From Carcharhinus longimanus (taxonomy: Eukaryota), in assembly GCA_030264375.1 (NCBI GenBank), contig JASCQW010000132.1, forward strand, positions 115,285,891 to 115,349,077: a stretch of 63,187 nucleotides of DNA, written 5' to 3'. Positions 1-10,080 of this stretch are shown here, one piece after another (the stretch's first letter is position 1; every line of letters begins with the position of its first letter). The notes beneath the pieces were generated by a model, which was given only the letters and a program-made list of their open reading frames with translations, ran no database searches and was not told the DNA's origin. The translations under genes and the position numbers were made by a program.

Positions 1-82
1 AATCTCCTCTGCACTCTCTCCAATGCTTCCACATCCTTCTTATAGCGAGGTGACCAGAACTGTACACAATATTCCAAGTGTA
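1..82 (-). mobile_element. CR1/HER1 LINE RT C-terminal fragment
   Basis: Minus strand reads [25 protein letters not shown]. Confidence 0.85.
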
Positions 83-93
83 ACCTTTTATAT

Positions 94-846
94 AATATTG
101 GGGGAGACCAAATACAGACTGGGTGACTACTTTGTGGAAAGCTTCCATTCAGTTTACTAGTGTGACCCCAATCTTCAGGTACCCGCTGTTCTAATTCTCT
201 ATCTTTCTCTCATACTGACCTTTCTGTCTTCGACTTCCGGCAGTGTTCCAATGAAGTTCAATGCAAGGAAAGAACAGCACTTCATCTTTATATAATTAAA
301 TAACTCACCTTTTCACCTGGAAGGAGTGCTTTGGGTCTGAGGGGGTGAGAAGAGAGGAGATAAAAGGGTAGACAGCACATCTCCCAGTCTTCTGGACCCA
401 ATATTGAGTACAACTTTCAAATCATAACCTTTGCTCCCAAATTGTTTTCGTTTCCTTTGCTTGTTTGTTTCCTATTCTGTCTAGTTTCTTATTTCTTTTT
501 CTTTCAGATGGCAGCTTTTTTGGATCTGGCCATTCACATCACTCTAGATATACACCATTTGTTTGTTTGCTTGCCCATTAACTTTTCTTTTGGTCTGACA
601 TTACCAATTCTTTTATCGTTTAACCTCTTCTGTCTTCTATCCTATCATGGACCTTCTTTTTCCCACCCTCTCCTGTTTCACTTGCTCAAAATCTATTACA
701 TTTCTAACTTTTCCCACTTCTGATGGAAGGTCACAGACCTAAATTCAAATTGTATGTTTCCGCAGATGTCGAGAGACATCTTGAGTATTTGCAGCAATTT
801 TTGCTTTCATTATTGTTTTCCCACATCTGCATTGTTTTGCTTTTGT
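94..846 (+). mobile_element. Degenerate Penelope-like element: GIY-YIG fragment, 3' UTR and pLTR
   Basis: [15 protein letters not shown]-like and EQHFIF-like segments. An inverted piece at ~300-386 reads PKHSFQVK. The terminal block begins ctgatggaaggtcacagacctaaa. Confidence 0.7.
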
Positions 847-1039
847 GTCACCAAATAGATAGCTTTCCATAAGGTTTGGTGCAAAATTGCATAGTACACT
901 GACAAATCAGAGCTGATGGGTGCATTCATCCATCCACTGTTTCCTGTCACATGCATTGTATAAATAGTTGCCTTTCATTTTATATTATGATGTCGTCCCA
1001 CTATTTTCTCATGTGGCTTGATGTCAGATTGTATTCTTC

Positions 1040-1092
1040 CCTTGGGACATTTTACTATGTTAAAGGTGCTATATAAATGTAAGTTATTGTTG
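1040..1092 (+). mobile_element. L2/DeuSINE-type 3' tail
   Basis: ttgggacattttactatgttaaaggtgctatataaatgtaagttattgttg. Confidence 0.6.
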
Positions 1093-2552
1093 CTCCTTGT
1101 CCCAAAGGAAGTATCATTGGACACTTATATGTTTGTGATTAGTATTTTCAGACTGAAGCCACTAGATCAGAGCTTTCGTATATTGTTGATGGATCAGCAC
1201 TATTTATCATGCAACCTCTTTCAACTGGCTCTGGGGGCCAACGTAAATCACAGTGAAAGGAAGGTCATGTTCTTTTGTAACTTGCTTGACTGCTTCTTTA
1301 TTCCATTGCGATCTAGTTGGATTACTGGAAAGTCTTAAATGTCTGGTTCAAAGGACTTGGGCATGCACCAAGGACCAAGAAAAATGAACAAGCATTGTGA
1401 ACAACAAACTTGTGAGCAAATAGTGTTTGTGAAGACACACACTAAGATAAAAATGAGTTGCTGGTGGGGAAAAGGTTTGGCTGAAAGTTGCTAGGTTTGC
1501 AGAATCCCTGCATATTCAAACTACCTGTTGCAACCTTGAACATTTCATTGTTCAGGATTATTTAGGGATGCGTGTTTCACACAGCATTGTCCTGGAGATT
1601 GATCTTCAATTCCAAGAGACTGCAGGCCAATCCAGGAACGTTGGCAACACTGTCTGAATGGATAGATAATTCTAACAAAAAGGCTGTGTATTAATCTCTG
1701 TCCCCAAAAAATACACCAGTGTTCCAAAAGCTAATCTGAATGGATAATCATGTGAATTATTTATTTTTAAAGTAACGTCAATTTTTGAATTAAAGAAGAA
1801 TATGATTAAGAACAGATCCTTCAATTGTCAATAGCAAATGTAAATATCAACAATACAAATCCTTCCCCCAGGTTATGGACAATCAAGAGCACTCTAAAAT
1901 TCCTGTACAAAATATACATTTGAGGGAAGGGGTGGGAAGCACACTTTAGTATTACTGGTGTTTGAAGGATCTAATCCCTTGCGCTCAACCATTGTGCTTA
2001 TGCTAATAGAAGTCAGAGAGTACCATCTTCCACAGTTAAAATGAAAAACTTTGATGTGCTGAAAGCTTTAGTCTTCTTATTCTTATGGAAAGGGACATAT
2101 GCTGTCTTGAGCATATCTGTGTGCTAATAGAAGAACAGATGAGAATGAAACATAAAGTATGTATGTGCATGTTTAAAAAAAATCTATGAAATTGTTTGAA
2201 GATTTCTGCTGGGATTGTTTTGGAGTGTTATTTTAAAAATAGCAAAACTTTTCTTCATCTCATAATTGTTCAGTTGGAATAAACATTGCCCAGGACATTT
2301 TGAGCAGTAGCATGCCATCATTTTGCCTACTATGTAGCAAGGTTATTGTGTGAAATTTCAACTGGTTTCCCTCTACCTGAGAATTAACTGCAATATTTAA
2401 TGTCCTTCACAATACTGTGGTTCTGTCTTGTACTGTAGCCATCTTGTGCTTAATAGGATTTTAAAAAGTTATGTCCAAATGACCAGCTGAAAGTCTGCTC
2501 ATTTCTGCCAATACCACTTTCCTTTTGATTTGACTGGATACGGTGTCACTTT

Positions 2553-2872
2553 ATAGAATCAGAATCATAGAATCCCTGTAGCACAGAAGGAGGCCATTCA
2601 GCCCATCAAATCTGCACTGACCACAATCCCATCCAGGCCCCATCCCCATAACCCCTACTTATTTGCCCTGCTAACTCCTTGACACTAAGGGGCAATTTAG
2701 CATGGCCAATCAACCTAACTGGATGGAGTGTGGGAAGAAACCAGAGCACCTGGAGGAAACCCACGCTGACGCAGGGAGAAGTGCAAACTCCACATAGACA
2801 GTGACCCAAGCCAGGAATCAAACCTAGCTCCCTGGCGCTGTGAGGCAACAGTGCTAACCACTGTGTCCCGTG
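2553..2872 (-). mobile_element. HE1/V-SINE with CR1-type tail
   Basis: tRNA-like head (cacagtggttagcactg), V-core (gggtttcctccaggtgctctggtttc), tail ending gattctatgattct. Confidence 0.9.
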
Positions 2873-3483
2873 GCTCTCTGGCATTTTTTGATACATTTGG
2901 AAATACTGCCACATCTTTATGAAAGGCCATGCTTAATACAAGCTTCAAAAATTAGTGAGCGTATTGGTGTTCCAGTGCACCATATCATAGAGAAATAGGA
3001 TATTGCCCTGTCCCGATAATGCCTTTTGTGTAGAACAAAGGCACAAAATGGAGGCCAAACAGATATCTAGAGAAAGTGTAAATCTTAATCTTATTGGGTG
3101 CTCTCACATTATGATTGAGAAGAGCACTGGAAAAATAGGCAAGTTATTTGTTTACCCTCGAACAGAAAATATTATGTGACCGCTAAAAAAGGAGTAATAC
3201 GTTGGCAATAATACATGAAAGTAGAAGGAGCACTGAATCTGTTTTATACAAATGGGACGCTTGTATTATTCTTCTGCTAATTATCAAAGCTACTATTACT
3301 TCCAATGAAAAATTGATCAAATTGTGAAATGTAATCCTGAGTGCACAATGTCCATGTAATAAAAGTTCATTCTGACTTATTCAGTCACTTTAAGCCAACA
3401 CCCAGCTTCTTGTATACCCTATAGTATCTTTAACCTTTTATGGAGTAAAATATGATTTTAATGATGAAAATGCTCTGTGTCAA

Positions 3484-3759
3484 TGGGCGGCACAGTGGGT
3501 CGTACTGCTGTGTCACAACACATGGACCTGGAGTTTGCATTTTTTACCCTTGTCTGTGTAGGTTTTCTCTGGGTGCTCCAGTTTCATCCCAAAGTCCAAA
3601 GATGTGCAGGTTAGGGGGATTATCTATGGTATATGTATGGGGTTACAGGAATAGATTGGGGGGATTTGGGAGCTGGATAAGATATTCTTTCGGAAAGTTG
3701 GTGCAGACTTGATGGACCTAATGGCGGCCCCCTGTCCTGTAGGGATTCTATGGTTCTAT
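3484..3759 (+). mobile_element. HE1/V-SINE, diverged, CR1-type tail
   Basis: gggcggcacagtgg head, V-core, gggattctatggttctat tail. Confidence 0.85.
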
Positions 3760-3810
3760 AGCAATTGGGGAATAATAAATGGACACATACTAAACAGAAA
3801 AGGATAATTA

Positions 3811-3954
3811 CAAAAGCAAGATACTGCAGGTGCTGGATATCTGAAATAAAAAAAGAAAAGGCTGGAAATGCTCAGCAGGGCACGCAACATCTGTGGAAAG
3901 GGAAACAGAGTGAAAGGTCACTGAACTGAAACATTAGCTGTTACTTCTTTCTCC
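3811..3954. mobile_element. Penelope pLTR-derived fragment in inverted arrangement
   Basis: A minus-strand pLTR end is followed by plus-strand tgaaaggtcactgaactgaaacattagc. Confidence 0.65.
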
Positions 3955-4689
3955 TGAAAATGATAAATGCTGCCTAATAAATAGTAGCATTAAAATGGTG
4001 TTAATAACTCCCCTTCTGTCTGATCCGTGAATGTACTGTGGCATGGAAATAAGAAGTTTGCACATTTGACCTTCTGCCTGATCTTAGCTGAAGCAACTGT
4101 CAGAGAGCAAGGCCTTGGTGATGTCAGTTAATGAAAAGTGGGGCAGGGTGAGGGGGAGGAATCAGCTGCAGTGATTCCAGTCCAGCGGATGGCAGGAATT
4201 TGTCAGGTGAGAATCGGAATGGAATGTTAATTTATCAATTGGCACAAAGAATATGAATGGCCGGATGGGTCAAGTACAAAATGGCTCATGGCACAGACGG
4301 ATCCCTTTTGGAGACATTGGCTTGGAAAAGAATATTAATAGAAACAGTATTGTTTTGCCCATGATAGTGCTCTTGTGTGATGTAGCGTTCATGGCAATAT
4401 GTTTTGCCTTTGAATGGGTGTACTTAATTGTGCATCCTGTTTTGAATTCTTAATTATTATTCCTGAAGCATGTATTGCAGAAAATTATACACTACGGAAC
4501 CATTGTGACAAATCAAATTGTTTACATCAAGTCATTATTGCATACTGCATGGCATTAATTTACTGGCAAATCTCTTACGGATTATTTTTTTCCTAAAATT
4601 TTAGAACAATTATAGTGTTTGAATATATAATGATATGAGCAGAAAAAATAATGATGTTTCTCTATTAGGCACTGCACGTTGTGCTATTG

Positions 4690-5220
4690 CTTCTCTATCA
4701 TTATTTAAAAATCAACATAAGATTTTAATAAATAAATCAGTATTTCAATTGCCACCTGAAACAAATGTTCGGTATTAATAGAGTCTATAGATGGCTGCTT
4801 AAATTCTTGGTAGTTGTTGCATTCCTTGCTTTTCACACAATCGCACCAATCACACACTTGGGATTGGTAAACAAAAACATAAATTACTTTATTTGTAGAT
4901 TGGTAATAACATATACAAGTTACAGAAGAGCTCAGCAAGCACGTTAATCTCAACGCACGGAGTTTAACATCCTGGTTCCACGATGACATGTACACTCTTT
5001 GCATATTCTCAGAAAGCAATATCACAAGAGTAATGGCAATCATTTTACCCAGCAGGTATCTAACTGAAGTTTTCTGTGCACAAAATGTCAGACTTTTCAA
5101 AATTAGCCTGAAACGACAAGCTTTTGAGTGAGCCCAAAGATTGCAGACAACAGTCAATTGAGCTATGGTTAAATCTGAGGGAAAAAATGCAATATAACAC
5201 AGGAAGACATTAATAAGCCT
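4690..5220. promoter_or_regulatory. Candidate conserved non-coding element
   Basis: Repeat-free block rich in TAAT, forkhead (gtaaacaaa) and TGTCA motifs. Conservation is inferred, not measured. Confidence 0.4.
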
Positions 5221-5419
5221 GTAGGAAAGGGGTGGTGGATGGGATGGGGGGGTGGTGGGCAGGTGTGAAATTGCCAAATAAATTTCAGTGTTGATAAAAA
5301 TGAGTTGGTGAATTTTGGTAGGAAGAGACCACATATTCCTTGGAAAATAAGAGCCTAAGTGTGGTAGAGGAGCAAAGGGATCTAACACCACGCAGATTTA
5401 AGCCATCAAAAAAGCAAAC

Positions 5420-5975
5420 AATTGAGGGATAGAGTTAAGAAGCAGAGAAGTTATGTTAAAATTATGCAGAGCCTTGGATAGAACATACTTGGAGAACTGT
5501 GCACATTTCTGGTCTCTGTTATTAAAAGGATATAAAGGCACTGATGGAAGTGCAAAAAAGATTTATGATGATGTTTCCAGATCAGAGGGTTTATTTCTAT
5601 CCAGAAAAATTGAACAGGTTGGGATGCTTTTCTCTAGAGAAGAGAAAACTCAGATGTGACCTGATGGAGGTCTTTAAGATTATAAAGGAATTTGATAAGG
5701 CGGGTATAGAGAAGCTGTTTCCCTAGGCAAGATCAAAACCAGGGGACATAAATATAAGATAGTGAAAATTAATGTTAATTGAGTGATTATAGTATAGATC
5801 TTGTTGACAATTAATGATTGGAGTAAGTAACTATGGAGTTAGGGGAAGTTAGGTAAGAGTATGAGAGGGTGAGCTTAAATGAAGAGTGGTGGCAGGAGCT
5901 TCATGTGGAACATAAACTTGGGTATGAACCAGTTGGGATGAATTGTCTGCTTGTGTGCTAATAGTCTACATAATT
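5420..5975 (+). mobile_element. CR1 LINE 3' fragment
   Basis: ORF track shows LENCAHFWS and LNRLGCFSLEKRKLRCDLMEVFKIIK. Confidence 0.85.
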
Positions 5976-6336
5976 TTTTTGTAAAATTGCACTTCCTGTA
6001 CTCCAGGCAGATTCCGATTTTATTTTGGATTCGTCAGTCCCCAAATGCTTATTCAAAGTAGCTATCTGTTGACCTATATCCTGTACATCGCCTTCACGCG
6101 TATGAGGGCATCGGAATCTTTGGATGTCACTCGGGTTTCACATTTGCAATGAGTCTTAACTGTTCCACTTTGCCATTCTGTCTATTAGGTGACATTCTAA
6201 AGCTTCAACAGTTTGGTTAAACAAAACTTGAGTTATTTCATTAATTGGAATAAAGGAAGATTATTTTTAAAGATTTTTCAAGAGGTCACATGTAATGATT
6301 AAGAGGTGGTAGATTTAAAACTGAGTTAAGGAGGAA

Positions 6337-6910
6337 CTACTCGCAGAGGGTGGTGAATTTGTGAATCTCGCTGTCACATAGTATGGTGTAGTCTCAGTTG
6401 TTGAATGGTTTCAAGAAGGAGATAGATATATTTCTAATTTAAAAAGTGACAAGTCCCCAGGACCGGATGGAATGCGTCCAAGAGTTCTGAAAGAAATGGC
6501 GGAGGTGATAGTGGATGCCTTGGTGATTAGTTTCCAAACGTCGCTGGATTCCGGGGAAGTGCCGGAAGATTGGAAAATGGCTAATGTTACGCCGTTGTTT
6601 AAGAAGGGTNNNNNNNNNNNNNNNNNNNNNNNNNNNNNNNNNNNNNNNNNNNNNNNNNNNNNNNNNNNNNNNNNNNNNNNNNNNNNNNNNNNNNNNNNNN
6701 NNNNNNNNNTGATCTTACTGAATGGCGGGGCAGGCTCGAAGGGCTAGATGGCCTACTCCTGCTCCTATTTCTTATGTTCTTATATGGGGAATTGGTGGGG
6801 AGGTGGATTTGAGATCAGGGAGAGATCAGGCATGATCTGACTGAATGGTGGAGCAGGCTTGAAGGGCTGAATTTGCCTACTTCTGCTGCTAATTCCTACG
6901 TTCCTATGTT
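6337..6910 (+). mobile_element. Older CR1 3' end interrupted by a young CR1 (~6446-6783, spanning a gap)
   Basis: Intact KSPGPDGMRPRVLKEMAEVI...WKMANVTPLFKKG, and two CR1 3' tails in tandem. Confidence 0.85.
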
Positions 6911-7049
6911 TACTCAAGTAACAAATCAAAAATACTGTAAATTGCCAAAACATTCTGTATGCATAATTCTCATTTGTCAAAGCCTATTTTTAAAAAAAGG
7001 CAAACAGTTTAAACAAAATAGTTCAAAACATAAACTCATAAACTAGTTT

Positions 7050-7600
7050 TTGTTTGTGTCCATTAATAACTGCATTTTTATTTAAGTGTAGAGTATTAAG
7101 CTTCCAGTTTGCCAGCAGCCTTTATTTAATATAAAAATTCCTTGTCGGCCTCAATCCAAGAGATTAGATTGAAATGGGTGCGCTTCAGGAGCTTTGTGGA
7201 TTATTTTCACATTTACATTGTAAGGTTTATTTTCCAGCTCTGCTCAGCGATATTCTATTCTCTGAAGTAAACAGTCCTGCCTTATCTTACCACCACAAGC
7301 TGGGTCCAGCATCTGGTGAAGCTTAAGCACTCAGTGCATCAAATTACCCTGTTCAAACTGTTGTTTATTACAGGCCATTTTGTCCTGTCATCTCCTGTGA
7401 CAGAATGTCAAAGCTTTTCTTTCCGTTGCCTTCAGCTTGCATCGTCTTCAGGGATCTGATATGCTGCCGCTGTATTACACAGGGGAGAGACGCCAGGCTT
7501 TTGTGTTTAAGGCAGCAAGCCAGGCAACTGCGGGCACCAGTGACTTTCCTACTCAACAAGAGAATTTCTTCATGAGCAATATTCATTGTACTTTGCCCTT
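7050..7600. promoter_or_regulatory. Candidate conserved non-coding element
   Basis: Repeat-free. Contains TTTATTA/TAAT sites, gtaaaca/tgtttat, and an inverted CTGTCA..TGACAG pair at 7385-7403. Confidence 0.5.
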
Positions 7601-9194
7601 AGTCTTTCTTGCTACCAAAGCATCTCTGTTTACTGACTATGAATAGCTATTTTTCTTTCTCATTGCACTTGTTTTCCAGTTAGCAAGTACTTATGAATGT
7701 AGAAGAAAAGATCCACAGTTTCAAACTACTTGTTGAGCACTTTGAGTCACTGAGAATTTGATATCAAATGTTTGTGTGGAGGTTTTCTTCTATTAAAAGA
7801 TCAAAATTGCGGGAGCTTTTTTATTTAATTATTTATATTTTAATGAATATACCCTATATTTATCATCCATAATTTTTTTATGATTGGATTATTTGCATTT
7901 TATGCAGATACTTTATGAATTTTCTCATACTACACATTATATAAAATATTTATTCTGTAGAAATAATTAGCAAAGTAGTTGATTTCTTGTTGAAAGAGAG
8001 TTTCCCAGAAATATAGTGGTTAATTGTTTCATTAAGACTACTGATATTGTGAAAATAAAATTTTGTGATGCGCACTTGTTTCATTAACTAATCTCCACAT
8101 AATAAAGCTGTCTCTCCCACCTCCTCTTCCTCCAGCTGCTTTTTAAAACAAAATCCTTGCCTCAAGTTGGCTAGTCTCCCAATCCTATTTCTTTCTAAAA
8201 TCAGGCTCTGAAACATGGCATACTTTTTCTAGTCTTGCTCTACCAGTGTCATCGCAATGTATCTGCTTACAGGAATCGGAGAGATCTTCTCAAAACTAAG
8301 GCTAGCTGAAGACATGAAAGTTTTATTTGACCAGGAACAGAAATTATTTAAAGATGTGTTTGTGTTTGTCCAGCCTATCACTCCAGTTCCTTCTGCATAT
8401 CTTCTTTCTCTCCTATTTTCTCAGCAACTTTCCTTTATTCTTCTAAAGATGCAGCTCCGTATTCTGTTACAAGATGGTTTCAAGGGTTGAACCCAGATCA
8501 AGGGATGGTTCGTCATGTCTTGACTTTACGAGGCAACATGACAGGCTGGCCGTCTTCTCAGGAAGCATCCAAATTTGCATTATGAGCATGTGTCATTAGA
8601 TCACCTTCCAGAGTCTGCATTGTAGCTAGTTTTCTTCCTCTCCAGCTCAGAGAGACTGGTGGTAGCTGCATGGAGCTCGGGCCCAATGTTACACTGAATA
8701 GTGCATTAAGTCACTATGGCACTGAGATAATTGTTGTAATTTATATAGTATTGTGATCTAGTTTTTCACAAGTATTTAGATACAGTGTCATTGCATGGTC
8801 TTATCATGGAGTATTATATTTAAATTGCTATGTAATAAATTGATTGATCGACTCAATAAGAATGATTGTCAGTAAGTTGGGATATATGTACAAATTATCA
8901 GGACTTTAAACTTCTCCTTGCTGTTCTTCCTATAACTTTGTCCATCACGATCTCTTTTGCCTTCTGTATCTTTCCCCTAATCTCTTCTCATGGCTTTCAC
9001 ACATGTTGCTTTACTAATGTCAATTTCTGCCAAAGGTGTGCAGTAAGATGCCAGCCATCAGACTTGGAAAGTAGAATTGGGTGCAGACAGGCTATTGATT
9101 AGCTGTTAGAACATACAGAGGAAACCTTGTGAAGAGGTTAAGAATTAGTATTGTGGAGAGAGAAGTGGAATGGCAGTTAGGACCTGAAGAAAGT

Positions 9195-9675
9195 GTTCTG
9201 TAGCAGCCTTCTGTCTCTCAACTTGATGGCTTGCTCTGTGTTTGTCAACACTGTGTTCGGCAATGCCTGGTGTGGCTCAGTACCCCACTCTGGTATAGCA
9301 ATCTCTGCCACTTTTGCTGCAGAGGAAGACAATGGGCTGAGAAGATGTATGATTTGTTCGCCTCTGTTTACCCATGGCCCTCTTATCAGCCCATTTCCAA
9401 TGCTGTTCCAAACAGTTAGCTTCAAGAGCTCATGGCTGTCAGCAACTGTCTTGCAGTTGTCAATGTCTGCTATTTTTGTATCTTGCTTGTAGTTTTCATT
9501 GTAACAGAGGTATGGATACCCAGGAGATCATGACCCACTGACCATTTCATCATACAGAAAATCTTTGGGTATATGGCCATTATCCATCTGATGAACATGG
9601 CTGAGCAGACGTTGTTGGCTATGCAGTGTAGGTATGCTCTGTGACCTCTGAGTTGGTGACCTTATCCTGCCAAAA
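9195..9675 (-). mobile_element. RTE-clade LINE 3' fragment
   Basis: Minus strand reads WQDKVTNSEV followed by a degenerate MDNGHIPKDFLY-like RTE C-terminus. Confidence 0.7.
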
Positions 9676-9826
9676 GCTGCCAGGGATACAGTTGGAGTTA
9701 GCAGAGAAGAAAAAGAAGCACTGTGATTCTGGGATAGTCACAGTAGTTGGGATAAGACCTGAAAGTATTTACAAAGTCAAAGGGAAGACTAAATGGAGGA
9801 AAAGCCTGGAATTATTCAGTATTGAG

Positions 9827-10080
9827 TTGGGGACATTGGAACTTTTGGCGGGGGCGGGGGGTGATTTTCTGGCTNNNNNNNNNNNNNNNNNNNNNNNNNN
9901 NNNNNNNNNNNNNNNNNNNNNNNNNNNNNNNNNNNNNNNNNNNNNNNNNNNNNNNNNNNNNNNNNNNNNNNNNNTGGGGACAGTGGAACTTTGGGCGGGG
10001 GCGGGGGGTGATTGTCGGGCTCTTCCTGCTGTTAGGATCTCCGATCCCTCCGATGGCGACGCCCCGCCCCGCCCCGCGAG
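9827..10080. repeat. GC-rich minisatellite collapsed across a gap
   Basis: A near-identical ~47-nt unit (tggggaca.tggaacttt.ggcgggggcggggggtgatt) lies on both sides of the N run. Confidence 0.65.

Noticed and set aside
2606-2948. ORFs over V-SINE copies, here and elsewhere
   Set aside because: Spurious translations of a non-coding SINE.
4705-5391. 228-aa minus-strand ORF
   Set aside because: Non-ATG start, no recognisable domain, and composition typical of translated AT-rich non-coding DNA.
6020-6145. Minus-strand CTGACGA and GAAA as a hammerhead
   Set aside because: Stems I and II cannot be formed around the core.
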